A DNA stretch of 64,000 nt, taken from the NCBI GenBank assembly GCA_965216755.1, contig CBDCGL010000011.1, positions 4,416,001 through 4,480,000 of the forward strand, given 5' to 3'. A program made the translations under genes and the position numbers. Position 1 is the first letter of the stretch; each line of letters opens with the position of its first letter. Positions 20,818-30,904 of the stretch are shown here, in pieces. A model generated the notes under the pieces. The model saw only the letters and a program-made list of their open reading frames with translations, ran no database searches and was not told the DNA's origin. The DNA comes from Alphaproteobacteria bacterium. GTDB taxonomy: Bacteria; Pseudomonadota; Alphaproteobacteria; UBA7887.

Positions 20818-22011
20818 TTAAGCGGCGGATACGGCGGCGCGACGGGCCGGAACGGGGGATAGTGGCTGCGGCGGGCGGTTCAATGGTTGAGACAGTTGGA
20901 TGAACATGGTCCGCCCGGTCGTGACCGCGAGACTTACTGACTCCCAATGCTGGCTGACGAACTTGTTGACGGTTTGATGAACAACGTCTTCGGAGCAGCC
21001 ATCATAGTTACGAAACAAGATCCAACCATGGGGGACAACGCGCGCGCCCCATGTCGCCAGGATCCGATTCAGGTCGCTGGGTGAAATCGCGGTGTCAAGG
21101 GTCAGCACCGAAATCTCGCCACGATACTCGGTGCGCCCGAACGCCCGCGATTCAAAAGTGCGGCTTTTGGCGTAGGTTGCCAAAGCCGCCTCGGCAGGCG
21201 CGCGGGTGTAGTTCAGGCGGCCTTGGAAGCTGGGCATCAGATTGATCATGAAATAGAGCAAGCCGTGGTCGGTTTCCGGCGCGTTCGCCTTAGCCCCGGC
21301 GCCGGGCTGGTTGGCCGGCGTCGCCGTATGGGTGGCATCAACACACAGTACGTTGCCAATGTCGTATTGGCTCGCAAGCCAGCTCAACACAAAGGCCAAA
21401 CGACCACACAATTCGCCCACCGCAACGAAGTCGCCACGGGGTGCCGCGCGCGCGACGTCGGTCAGCAGCCAGGCCATCGCCTCGTCGACATCACCGTCGA
21501 CCTCGGCAACGCGCTTCAAAAACGCCATGCGTTCGATCTGACTCGATTTTGGGCGCAGCTTGATCCGCGGGCTGCCGCCGAACAGAAAGCTTTCCGCCTG
21601 TGATCGCCGCGCCAGATCGATCAACGCCGCGGCCTGCCGTTCTGCCGGGCTCGGTCGCACCAATTCTGTCGCCGTCTGACAGCGCGCGAACAAGGCCTCC
21701 AAACGATGCCAAAGGGCTTCGACTGGGCAAAAGACCGTGGCGATGTCTTCGCGTGCCAAAAGAGCCATCAGATTGTCGTCGAAGGTTGGGTGGCTGGGTG
21801 CCGGCAGATCCGCCCAACGGCGGTAGTTGGCGGCCGCCGGATCGCCTCTTTGCCAGGACGCGCCGACCACATCCTGCCCCGCGGCCTCGGCGATCGCTCG
21901 GTAGCATTGCGATTCCGGCAGTTCGCCCGGCAGCAGCAGCAGACGCCAGCGCGCTTCCGGCATGGCCAGGGTGGGCTCCGGACCGCAATCCTCCGCCGCC
22001 CAGCCCATCAT
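20818..22011 (-). CDS. Class I SAM-methyltransferase-like protein (Methyltransf_24/TylF-like), degenerate motifs
   Basis: GDFVAVGELCGRLAFVL (motif I-like), VLCVD, ISVLTLD, VVPHGWILFRNY. Start uncertain. Confidence 0.55.
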   Translation of the reverse strand: MMGWAAEDCGPEPTLAMPEARWRLLLLPGELPESQCYRAIAEAAGQDVVGASWQRGDPAAANYRRWADLPAPSHPTFDDNLMALLAREDIATVFCPVEALWHRLEALFARCQTATELVRPSPAERQAAALIDLARRSQAESFLFGGSPRIKLRPKSSQIERMAFLKRVAEVDGDVDEAMAWLLTDVARAAPRGDFVAVGELCGRLAFVLSWLASQYDIGNVLCVDATHTATPANQPGAGAKANAPETDHGLLYFMINLMPSFQGRLNYTRAPAEAALATYAKSRTFESRAFGRTEYRGEISVLTLDTAISPSDLNRILATWGARVVPHGWILFRNYDGCSEDVVHQTVNKFVSQHWESVSLAVTTGRTMFIQLSQPLNRPPQPLSPVPARRAAVSAA

Positions 22012-22295
22012 GCGGTCGCGCCAGGATTTGCCGTTTTGTCGCTTTGACCGGCCTGTCACGTTATGCCCCATTCCCAACACAGTGCGGGCGTCATGCCACG
22101 CCCATCCCAAGGGGATACGACAGAGACATTAACCAATTGCAAATGAATGAGATCGGGGCGCGAGCATGACGTCTGAGCACGTAGCCGACTTCCCGAACCA
22201 TTTACGAGAATAAACTTACTTAATGACTAGTATGGGTTGTATTTTATAGCTAGAATACCTCCGTCGGGGCGGAATGATCGACAAGGAGAATTGTC

Positions 22296-24440
22296 ATGCT
22301 TGGTTTTGCCAAAACCCGAGCATTGCTGCTCGGCGCTTGTTTCTCTGTCGCTAGCATCTGCGCTTTTGCGCAAGAAGATCTCTTCGCGCCTTATATGGCC
22401 GCGCCGCCGGAACTGACCGAATTGTTTGCCGATGTATCAGTGGCACCGACGGCGGAGCTCGCTGAAACCGTTGTCGCGACATCAACCGCGCGGACCGCTC
22501 TAGGTGGGGAGGCACGCGCACATGTTCTGCTTTCGCTCGATGAACCGCTGACCGCGGCGCGGCATGCGGAGCTCGCGGACAATGGTATTCGAATCCTGGA
22601 CAAATATGATGAATCCACTTGGATCGCTGCGATGGATCTTACTGGCGCTGATTTCGCCGTGAGTGACGGGCCCGTTCGCGGTGCTACAATCTATCCACCA
22701 CAAGCCAAAGTTTCTGAGACGATTTCACTGGAGTCGCCCTATGAATGGCAGCGGCGCGAGGATAGCGAAGCACTAGGCTATACAGTATTGTTTCACAAAG
22801 GCATTTCCGCGGATGAGGCAGCGGGTGCGCTGTCTACGGTTACTGACGACCAATTCGATACCGTCGACAATGCGGCGTTTCCGTACGTTCGCTCATTGAC
22901 GGTGACGCTGACATCAGACGAGCTTGTCGCGGTTACCCAGCTTGACGTGGTTCAGTTTGTCGAGCCTGAAGCCCCGCCGAACATCGATCAAAATTTCACC
23001 AATACACAACCCATCTCAAATGTCGATGACGTGCAAAATGCACCCTACAACCTATCGGGAATTGGTGTGACTGTCGGTGTTTGGGAACACGGAGATACGG
23101 TGCGTGCGACGCATGTGGACTTGGCACCAAGGGTTACCGTTCAAGCGAATCAAACCACAAGTCAGGATGGCCACGCACTTCACGTGTCGGGCACAATTGG
23201 TGCCAGCGGCGTAAACTTTCCGGCGGCGGAGGGCATGGCACCGCAAATCGACATACTGAGTTGGGATGCGGACGGCGACACGGCCGAAATGGCGGTGGCG
23301 GCGGCACCGGGCAGCGCCAATCGCATTGTCGCTTCAAATCATTCCTATGGCGCAACTATCGGGTGGCGCCGTCCCGGGCCTGTCTTCATTCCAAATCAAG
23401 ATCAATTTGGTCGATATACCGCGCGGTCGGTCGCCTTTGACACGATCGTTGCCGGCGACGGCGTGAGCGTCGCCGGCACGGACCTGGTCATCGTCAAATC
23501 AGCCGGCAATGACAGAGGGAATGGCCAAGGGTTTGGACCAGAGCCGGCTGATTGTCGACAAGGTGGGCTCGGTATTGACGCCGATTGTATTGGGCCGGTG
23601 GCCTCTGCAAAAAATGTTATCACGGTTGGGGCGATGAACGGGGGAGCGTCTGTCGCGCACTTTTCGGGTTTCGGTCCCACGGACGATGGCAGGATTAAAC
23701 CCGACATCATGGCCAATGGCACGAATGTCCGGTCGCTCGGCGATGCAAGCGCGACGACCGACGATATCCCACAGACAGACGACGGAACATGGGTGGCTCA
23801 GGGTACGTCCATGTCGGCGCCGGCGGTTACGGGCATCGTCTCACTGCTGAACGAAGAGTTGTCCAATCTTGCACTGACGGAGCCGCCGTCGGCTGCCGCC
23901 ATAAAGGCTATCCTTATTCAAACGGCACGCGATGTGGCGGGTACCGACCAGGCGACTGTCGGCCCTGACTATGCAACAGGTTGGGGCATCGCCGACGCCC
24001 AAGCCGCCGCCGATCTAGTTCGTCGGCAAGGTGGTCCAGGTTTTGCCGAGGGTACCGTCACGGATACAGGGCTCGCGGGCGCGTGGGAATTTCCGTTCGT
24101 GGTCCCGGCAGGTGAAGCTGACCTGCGTGTGACGCTCGCTTGGAGCGACTTGCCCGGCATTGCGGAAGATGCCGCATCTGACCTTAGAAACGATCTGGAT
24201 TTGCGATTGATCCCACCAGGCACGGGCGCACCCCAGCAACCTTGGACCTTGGATCCGACGAATCCCGGCGAGGCAGCGGTTCGCAACGGCGGCGACGATG
24301 CCACGAACAATGTCGAGCAGGTATTGGTTATAGACCCCGCCGATGGGACATGGCTTGCGCGGGTTACGGCGAAACCGAACAGTCTCGGGCTCGGGCCTCA
24401 ACGATTTGCCATAGCTGGCCCCATAACCCCGGATACGTGA
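22296..24440 (+). CDS. Secreted S8 (subtilisin-like) serine peptidase with pro-domain and C-terminal beta-sandwich
   Basis: RBS AAGGAG, signal peptide, GHALHVSGTI, SNHSYG, KSAGND, GPTDDGRIKPDI, GTSMSAP, LRVTLAWSD...NDLDL...NNVEQV. Confidence 0.92.
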   Translation: MLGFAKTRALLLGACFSVASICAFAQEDLFAPYMAAPPELTELFADVSVAPTAELAETVVATSTARTALGGEARAHVLLSLDEPLTAARHAELADNGIRILDKYDESTWIAAMDLTGADFAVSDGPVRGATIYPPQAKVSETISLESPYEWQRREDSEALGYTVLFHKGISADEAAGALSTVTDDQFDTVDNAAFPYVRSLTVTLTSDELVAVTQLDVVQFVEPEAPPNIDQNFTNTQPISNVDDVQNAPYNLSGIGVTVGVWEHGDTVRATHVDLAPRVTVQANQTTSQDGHALHVSGTIGASGVNFPAAEGMAPQIDILSWDADGDTAEMAVAAAPGSANRIVASNHSYGATIGWRRPGPVFIPNQDQFGRYTARSVAFDTIVAGDGVSVAGTDLVIVKSAGNDRGNGQGFGPEPADCRQGGLGIDADCIGPVASAKNVITVGAMNGGASVAHFSGFGPTDDGRIKPDIMANGTNVRSLGDASATTDDIPQTDDGTWVAQGTSMSAPAVTGIVSLLNEELSNLALTEPPSAAAIKAILIQTARDVAGTDQATVGPDYATGWGIADAQAAADLVRRQGGPGFAEGTVTDTGLAGAWEFPFVVPAGEADLRVTLAWSDLPGIAEDAASDLRNDLDLRLIPPGTGAPQQPWTLDPTNPGEAAVRNGGDDATNNVEQVLVIDPADGTWLARVTAKPNSLGLGPQRFAIAGPITPDT

Positions 24441-24706
24441 CCAATTGCTGGACCGAAGCAAAACATTCTTGAGGCACGCGAAAGGCCCGACTCGATACAG
24501 TTGCGGGATGCCACCGTGGGCTTGACCACGCTTCAATCCATGCAAGCAAGTGGTTGCCGCGAACAAGGTCGATCGCGGTCGGGCGCATCCAGACGGATTA
24601 TTGACGCGCGAAACGTTGTCGAGCTTTGTTATGCGCTGATCGGGCGTGGGCGATAGATGTCCGGGTCGGACAAGCATTGTGCGACCCAGACCAACTCGTT
24701 GCGCCC

Positions 24707-25555
24707 CTAAAAACGTCCCGCGCGGAAATCGGCGATGGCCTGTTCGATCTCTTGGCGGGTGTTCATGACAAATGGCCCGTAGCGGGCCACGGGTTCGTGC
24801 AGCGGCCGGCCCGCGACCAGCAGCACGCGGCCGCCGGCGCCCGCGCCGCGCAGGCCGACCCCATCACCGACGCCAAGAATACCAAGGGCTTTCGGTTTGA
24901 GTGCAGTGTCTGCCTTGCCCGGGCCGGTGACGACACTGGCAGAGCCGTCAATGAGATAGACAAAACCCGCGTGGCCGAGCCGGATAGGCTGTTCAAAGGT
25001 CACACCGGTCGGGATCGCAATATCCAGGTATAGCGGATCCACCGCGATGCCAGTGACCGCGCCGCTGGTCCCGCCGACCATGCCAGCAATCACCCGTACC
25101 GTGACGCCGTCATCGCAATGCACTTCCGGAATCTCGTCCGGCTCCAAGTTTTGATATCGGGGCGCGCGCATCTTGTCGCTGGCCGGCAAATTGACCCAAA
25201 GCTGAAAGCCGCGCATCAGGCCGTCTCGCTGTTCGGGCATTTCGGAATGAATGATGCCGCGGCCAGCTGTCATCCATTGCGCGCCGCCCGGTTTCAGGCT
25301 GCCGCCAGCACCAGTCGAGTCCTGATGCCGCATGCGTCCGGCAAGCATGTAGGTGACGGTTTCAAAGCCGCGATGCGGATGGTCCGGAAATCCGGCGATA
25401 TAGTCAGCGCCGTCTTCGGATGCAAACTCGTCGAGCAGTAGAAATGGATCCAGATCGCTGAGATCCGGCATACCGATCGTGCGGTACAGCTTGACGCCAG
25501 CCCCGTCGCTGGTGGGTGTCGCCGGCACGATCCGCTCAATTGCACGCAGTTCCAT
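24707..25555 (-). CDS. Pirin family protein
   Basis: DPFLLLD, FPDHPHRGFETVTY, QWMTAGRGIIHSE, QLWVNLP, YGPFVMN; RBS AAGGAGG. Confidence 0.95.
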   Translation of the reverse strand: MELRAIERIVPATPTSDGAGVKLYRTIGMPDLSDLDPFLLLDEFASEDGADYIAGFPDHPHRGFETVTYMLAGRMRHQDSTGAGGSLKPGGAQWMTAGRGIIHSEMPEQRDGLMRGFQLWVNLPASDKMRAPRYQNLEPDEIPEVHCDDGVTVRVIAGMVGGTSGAVTGIAVDPLYLDIAIPTGVTFEQPIRLGHAGFVYLIDGSASVVTGPGKADTALKPKALGILGVGDGVGLRGAGAGGRVLLVAGRPLHEPVARYGPFVMNTRQEIEQAIADFRAGRF

Positions 25556-25698
25556 GATCGGCCTCCTTGTTGTCCGACACGTTCCTGAAAGGGCTTCGCG
25601 TCGTCTGTCGACCTGTCAGGTAAATCCTAGCGCTTTGCAAAACAATAAGGCACGGGGAAATAGATTGTTGCCAAATAGGCAACAGCCGCGGGCCCAAA

Positions 25699-26382
25699 CT
25701 AGTTCGATTCGCCGGATCGGACGCGTCGGCGGTTGGCCCAGACTTGCAGCCCATAGGCCACCAATAACGTGGCGGCGACCGCGGCAATGATGACGGTGAT
25801 CGTTTTTGGGTTCGGATCGGCGATCAAGGCTTGCAGACGATCGCCGAGGACCACAAGAGCGATTGTCAGAGGGGCCAGGCCGCACAGGGTGCCCACCAGA
25901 TAGTCGCGAAATCGCATCTCGGTGGCGCCCGCAACCACGCTGACCACGCTGAAAGGCGCCGGGATATTCCGGATCATCGCCGTCGCGATAATGCCTTGAT
26001 GGGCAAGTTGCCGGTTGATGGCGGCGAAAAACGCGCCGCCGACCCGTCGTGCGAATGGTTGACCGGAGAGACGTCCGATCCAAAACAGCAAGCTGGCACT
26101 GCTCGCGATGCCCAACGAACTGACGACCAAGCCGAAAACAGGGCCGAAAAGTAGGCCGGCGGCCGCCATCAAGATGGTTGCCGGAAAGGAAATCAGGCCC
26201 AGCAGAGGAAAAGCCACGATCACCAATAGGGGCATATAAGGCACGCTACGAATGCGCTCGAACCAGGCGACGACGTCATGGATACTGGGCGCGCCGGCCG
26301 ACCAGTAGTACGCCAGGCCCACGAGGGCAGCCACGCCCAGCGCCGCACAAATGGCGAGACCCACCAGCCGTCGTGATGTCAT
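25699..26382 (-). CDS. TVP38/TMEM64 (VTT/DedA) family membrane protein
   Basis: FP...L..AAGLLFG, IR.IPAPFSVV..VAG, F..YL.GTL.GL.P; multiple TM helices. Confidence 0.8.
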   Translation of the reverse strand: MTSRRLVGLAICAALGVAALVGLAYYWSAGAPSIHDVVAWFERIRSVPYMPLLVIVAFPLLGLISFPATILMAAAGLLFGPVFGLVVSSLGIASSASLLFWIGRLSGQPFARRVGGAFFAAINRQLAHQGIIATAMIRNIPAPFSVVSVVAGATEMRFRDYLVGTLCGLAPLTIALVVLGDRLQALIADPNPKTITVIIAAVAATLLVAYGLQVWANRRRVRSGESN

Positions 26383-26453
26383 CGAAACTGCGTCATGCTG
26401 GGAAAAGTTCGCGGACCAATGCGAATGACAAGATTAGGGGAGTGATATAGCGG

Positions 26454-27623
26454 ATGAAGATTACATCTGTCGAAGACCTGCATTGCAACGCCGGCTGGCG
26501 TAATTTCTCATTTTTGAAGGTCACCACCGACGACGGCGTTGTCGGCTATTCCGAATACAACGAGAGCTACGGCAGTCGCGGGCTGACGGCCGTTATCCGT
26601 CGACTTGCCGAAGGGCTGATCGGGCAAGATCCGCGGCCGATCGAGCGAATCACGTCGCGGCTTTACGCCCAAACCCGACAGGCGCCGGGCGGCGTCAACC
26701 AACAGGCGATCGCCGCGTTGGAAAATGCGCTATTGGATGTCAAAGGCAAGGCCCTCGGCGTGCCCGTCTACGAGTTGTTCGGCGGGCCGGCGCGCGATCG
26801 CTTGCGGCTCTACTGGTCCCATTGCGGCACCTATCGCCTGCACCATGCGGCGGTCATGGGCTGCCCGCCGTTGCGTAGCTTGAATGATGTTGAGGCACTG
26901 GGGCGTCATGTGCGCGGGCAGGGGTTTACCGCGCTGAAAACCAACATATTCATGTTCGATGGTGAGGCGCCGGAACTCTATATGCCCGGCTTCAGCTATT
27001 CGGGCGATGGCCCTGAGCTGAATATCGACAATCGGGTCTTGTCGGCGTTGGAAAGCCAGATTGGCGCTTTACGTGATGGTGCCGGAGATACCGATATCCT
27101 GCTGGATCTCAACTTCAATTTCAAAACCGAGGGCTATATCAAAATTGCGCGCACTCTGGAGCGGTTCGGCCTCATGTGGCTGGAGATCGATTCCTATGAC
27201 GCGGCTGCGCTAGGCCTGATCCGTCGCTTGAGCCCGACCCCGATCGCCTCGTGTGAGTCGCTGTATGGCCGTCGCGCGTTCAGGCCATTTCTCGAAGGCC
27301 ATGCCATGGATGTCGCGATAGTCGACGTACCGTGGAACGGTCTGGCCGAATCCTTGAAAATCGCGGCCATGGCCGAGGCCTTCGAAGTCAATGTCGCGCC
27401 GCATAATTTTTATGGCCATTTGTCGACCTTGATGAGCGCGCACTTCTGTGCAGCTGTGCCGAATTTTCGGATCATGGAGATCGACATCGACGATGTGCCA
27501 TGGAAAGACGACCTGGTCACCAAACCGCCGGTCGTGGAAGATGGTCATTTGTTGATCCCGACCGGGCCTGGTTGGGGCGCGGATGTCAACGAGGAGGTCG
27601 TGCGCGCGCACCCACCGAAATAG
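26454..27623 (+). CDS. Mandelate racemase/muconate lactonizing enzyme family protein
   Basis: AIAALENALLDVKGKALGVPVYELFGG, KT motif, LLDLN, WLE, CES, APHN, IPTGPGWG. Confidence 0.92.
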   Translation: MKITSVEDLHCNAGWRNFSFLKVTTDDGVVGYSEYNESYGSRGLTAVIRRLAEGLIGQDPRPIERITSRLYAQTRQAPGGVNQQAIAALENALLDVKGKALGVPVYELFGGPARDRLRLYWSHCGTYRLHHAAVMGCPPLRSLNDVEALGRHVRGQGFTALKTNIFMFDGEAPELYMPGFSYSGDGPELNIDNRVLSALESQIGALRDGAGDTDILLDLNFNFKTEGYIKIARTLERFGLMWLEIDSYDAAALGLIRRLSPTPIASCESLYGRRAFRPFLEGHAMDVAIVDVPWNGLAESLKIAAMAEAFEVNVAPHNFYGHLSTLMSAHFCAAVPNFRIMEIDIDDVPWKDDLVTKPPVVEDGHLLIPTGPGWGADVNEEVVRAHPPK

Positions 27624-27628
27624 TCGGC

Positions 27629-28501
27629 TTATGCGGAACCGCCATCAAGGCTGAGAAGGGGGGCGTAGAGATCGGGTCGGCGATCGCGAAATAACCCCCA
27701 CGATGCGCGCGCCGCCCGGATGCGGTCGAAATCGAGGTCCGCTGTGACGACTTCGCTGCCGTCGTTCGATGCTTGCGCAACAATGGCGCCGGTTTCATCG
27801 GCAATAAACGATGTGCCGTAAAACGTCATCGTCGCGCTGTCGGAAACTTCGGTGCCAATTCGATTGGCGGCGACCACGGGAACCATGTTTGCCGCCGCGT
27901 GACCTTGCATCACGCGCCGCCAATGGCCAGAAGAGTCGAGGGTGGCATCTTGCGGCTCATTGCCGATCGCCGTCGGGTACATCAGCACGTCCGCGCCTTG
28001 TAGAGCCATGGCGCGGGCGCATTCCGGAAACCACTGATCCCAACAAACGGCCGCACCGACCCGACCATGGCGCGTCGGCCATACGCGAAAACCAGTGTCG
28101 CCGGGGCTGAAATAGAACTTCTCTTGATATCCGGGGCCGTCCGGAATGTGGCTTTTGCGGTATTGGCCCATCACGGTGCCATCGGCGTCGATCATGACCA
28201 GGGTGTTGAAATAGGCGTTGTGGGCCCGCTCGAAAACGCTGATCGGCAGTACGACGCCCAACGTGCGCGCCAGCTCAGAGAATCTCCCTATGGTCGGATG
28301 GCCATCGATGGGGCGGGCAAACTTGAACACGTCCTGTTTTTGATCCGGACAAAAATAGGGTGTCTCAAACAGTTCCTGGAGCAGAACGATAGTGGCACCG
28401 CGCCCGGCGGCTTCGCGCACCAGGCTTTCCGCCCCGGCGATATTGGCCTCTACGTCCCAGCCACACGCCATCTGCGTGGCGGCGACCGTGACGATGGTCA
28501 T
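27629..28501 (-). CDS. aguB: N-carbamoylputrescine amidase
   Basis: Nitrilase triad LQELFETPYFC, YRKSHIPDGPGYQEKFYF, CWDQWFPE; YPTAIG.EP; WGLFRDRRP. Confidence 0.95.
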   Translation of the reverse strand: MTIVTVAATQMACGWDVEANIAGAESLVREAAGRGATIVLLQELFETPYFCPDQKQDVFKFARPIDGHPTIGRFSELARTLGVVLPISVFERAHNAYFNTLVMIDADGTVMGQYRKSHIPDGPGYQEKFYFSPGDTGFRVWPTRHGRVGAAVCWDQWFPECARAMALQGADVLMYPTAIGNEPQDATLDSSGHWRRVMQGHAAANMVPVVAANRIGTEVSDSATMTFYGTSFIADETGAIVAQASNDGSEVVTADLDFDRIRAARASWGLFRDRRPDLYAPLLSLDGGSA

Positions 28502-29883
28502 GCGGCGATGGCGACGCCAAGGTCGCGCGCGGTTAGATCCAAACAGTGGCGGGCGACGTGCACCAATTCGTCGATCTGTGCCGGTTCGATAATCAGCGCG
28601 GGCGACATCACCATCGTGTCGCGCACGGCCCGCATAACAAGATTATTCGCAAAACAATGATCGCGGCATATTTGACCGGCGGCCTCGGAAAACCGTTCGC
28701 GTGTTGCCCTGTTTTGCACCAGTTCGATCGCCCCGAGCAGGCCGATTGACCGGACCTCGCCAACAATCGGATGGTCGGCTAAAGATCCGAGCGCCTGGGC
28801 CAGATACGGACCGGTTTCGTCACGGACTCTGTCAACCAGACCCTCGCGCGCGATGATGTCGATGTTTCGCAAAGCCACCGCGCAAGCAACAGGATGACCG
28901 GAATAGGTATAGCCGTGGGTGAACTCGCCGCCCTGGTCGATCAGTACGTCGGCGACCCGATCTTTGATCGCGACCGCCGAGATCGGCACATAGCCAGACG
29001 ATAGCCCCTTGGCCATGTTGACCAGATCCGGTTCGATGCCAAACGTCTCAAGGGCGAACCAATTGCCGGTGCGGCCGAAACCGCAAATCACTTCGTCATC
29101 GACCAACAGCACGTCGTACTGTTTGCAAATGCGATTGATCTCGGGCCAATAGGAACCCGGGGGGATCACCACGCCGCCGGCACCTTGTACCGGCTCGCCG
29201 ATGAAAGCCGCCACGGAGTCGGCGCCAAGCTCCAATATCTTGTCTTCCAGCGCGCGGGCCGCGCGGCGGCCGAAGTCGGCTGGATTTTCGTCGCCGCCTT
29301 CTTCAAACCAATAGGGCTGGTCGATATGCACGACCCCCGGTATCGGCAAATCGCCTTGGGCGTGCATGCCTTTCATGCCGCCCAGACTGGCCGCGGCCAT
29401 GGTCGAGCCGTGATAGCCATTCCAGCGGCTGATGAAAGTTTTCTTCGTCGGCTTGCCCATCAGGTCCCAATAAGTGCGCACCAAACGCATGGCCGTGTCG
29501 GCGGCCTCGGACCCTGAGTTGTTGAAGAAGACATGGTTGAAACCATCCGGCAGCAGTGCACTGATTCGCGCGGCCAAATGAATGACGGGCGGAGTCGCGG
29601 TTTTGAAGAAGGTATTGTAATAGGGAAGAGTCAGCATTTGCTCGCGGGCCACGTCGGCAAGTTCGGCGCGACCGTAGCCGACATTGACGCACCACAGCCC
29701 CGCCATGCCGTCGAGGATCCGATTCCCGTCGGTATCCCAGACGTAGCAGCCATCGGCGCGGTTGATAATCCGGCTGCCGCCGCCGGCTATCATAGTTTTG
29801 GTGTCGGTTTGGGCGTGGAAGTGGTGATCGGCGTCCAGTTTCCGCAGCGCCTCAGTGTCGTTGGTGCCGTACAGCTGTGCCAT
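28498..29883 (-). CDS. Class III PLP aminotransferase (putrescine:pyruvate transaminase SpuC-like)
   Basis: LDGMAGLWCVNVGYG, NSGSEA, YHGST, EPVQGAGG, DEVICGFGRTG, AKGLSSGY, HGYTYSGHP; overlaps aguB start. Confidence 0.92.
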   Translation of the reverse strand: MAQLYGTNDTEALRKLDADHHFHAQTDTKTMIAGGGSRIINRADGCYVWDTDGNRILDGMAGLWCVNVGYGRAELADVAREQMLTLPYYNTFFKTATPPVIHLAARISALLPDGFNHVFFNNSGSEAADTAMRLVRTYWDLMGKPTKKTFISRWNGYHGSTMAAASLGGMKGMHAQGDLPIPGVVHIDQPYWFEEGGDENPADFGRRAARALEDKILELGADSVAAFIGEPVQGAGGVVIPPGSYWPEINRICKQYDVLLVDDEVICGFGRTGNWFALETFGIEPDLVNMAKGLSSGYVPISAVAIKDRVADVLIDQGGEFTHGYTYSGHPVACAVALRNIDIIAREGLVDRVRDETGPYLAQALGSLADHPIVGEVRSIGLLGAIELVQNRATRERFSEAAGQICRDHCFANNLVMRAVRDTMVMSPALIIEPAQIDELVHVARHCLDLTARDLGVAIAA

Positions 29884-29967
29884 TGCGCGAGCGACTCGAC
29901 GTTGGGTTTCGGGGCCTATAAGGATAGGAGTCAAGATAGAAGCGAATGCGCAGATTGCGAAGGGCGG

Positions 29968-30498
29968 ATGTGCGAACGGGGCGGTGATGCCGCACTTGGC
30001 CAACAGGCTGGTGTGGTATTGATGACCATTGGCTATCAAGGCTGTACGGCGGATGTCTTTGTGGAGGCGCTGCGGAGCGCGGGTGTGCGGACTCTGGTGG
30101 ACGTGCGTGATGCGCCGATTTCGCGCAAGGAAGGTTTCTCGAAAAAGGCGCTTGCCGCGACCCTCGCACGGGAGGGAATCGATTACGTTCATCTGCGCGG
30201 TTTGGGCAATCCGAAGCCCGGACGCGACGCAGCCCGTGCCGGCGACATGGCCGGGTATCTGCAGGTCTTTCTCACTCATCTTGATTGCGCCGAGGCCCAA
30301 GCCGATATGGTCCGATTGCGATGTTTGGCGCGCGCCGGCGGTACATGTTTAATGTGTTTTGAATGCGATCCGCGCAAATGTCATCGCGTAATCGTGGCCG
30401 AACGCGCGGCCCATGGCGCTGATATCGCTCTGGTACACTTGGATGCCACCGCGCCATTGTTTGCCTATGGTGGAGATCGCTGTTGTCATGTCGGATGA
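29968..30498 (+). CDS. DUF488 domain protein
   Basis: TIGYQG, LVDVRDAPISRK.GFSK, Y.HL..LG, CLMCFE.DP..CHR. Start uncertain. Confidence 0.85.
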   Translation: MCERGGDAALGQQAGVVLMTIGYQGCTADVFVEALRSAGVRTLVDVRDAPISRKEGFSKKALAATLAREGIDYVHLRGLGNPKPGRDAARAGDMAGYLQVFLTHLDCAEAQADMVRLRCLARAGGTCLMCFECDPRKCHRVIVAERAAHGADIALVHLDATAPLFAYGGDRCCHVG

Positions 30499-30904
30499 TG
30501 TCTCCGGCAAAGACGATGCGGTCTTTTTCCTGCGGGCAACGCCGGTTTTGCGCACGAACGATTATGCGCGCGCGCGTGGCTTCTATCATGACGCACTGGG
30601 ATTCGAGATCGTCGAGGAAGGCGGTTCGCCGCCGCACTTTGGGATCTTTCAGCGTGGCGGCAGTATCGTTTTTGTGAATGGGTGGGAAGGTGCGCCACCG
30701 GCGCTGCCACGTGGTTGGCACGCCTATATGCACGTGCAGGGTCTGGCCGCGCTGTACGCGCAGTTTGTTGCGGCCGGAGTCGAAGTTAGCCGACCCATTT
30801 CGGAAACGGTCTATGGCATGCGCGAGTTTGAGGTGATCGATCTAGACGGTAATGTGTTGTGTTTTGGCGAAGATGTCGCTGGAGTTGGAGCGCAGCAACC
30901 ATGA
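30488..30904 (+). CDS. VOC family (glyoxalase/bleomycin resistance) protein
   Basis: PVL...D..RA..FY...LGF; YGMREF.V.D.DGN.L.FG. Confidence 0.85.
   Translation: MSDDVSGKDDAVFFLRATPVLRTNDYARARGFYHDALGFEIVEEGGSPPHFGIFQRGGSIVFVNGWEGAPPALPRGWHAYMHVQGLAALYAQFVAAGVEVSRPISETVYGMREFEVIDLDGNVLCFGEDVAGVGAQQP

Noticed and set aside
24441-24656. Possible stop-codon readthrough or selenocysteine at the subtilase TGA
   Set aside because: No SECIS-like hairpin or recognisable domain follows; an open stretch of this length can occur by chance.
25665-25684. TGTTGCC-N5-GGCAACA palindrome upstream of pirin
   Set aside because: It lies just after the stop of the upstream TVP38 gene and cannot be distinguished from a weak terminator; no cognate regulator nearby.
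27629-29883. Aminotransferase-aguB pair as a novel pathway
   Set aside because: Ordinary agmatine/putrescine catabolism linkage.
29884-30300. 139-aa N-terminal extension of the aminotransferase in the ORF track
   Set aside because: It is the antisense shadow of the DUF488 gene; homology begins at 29883.
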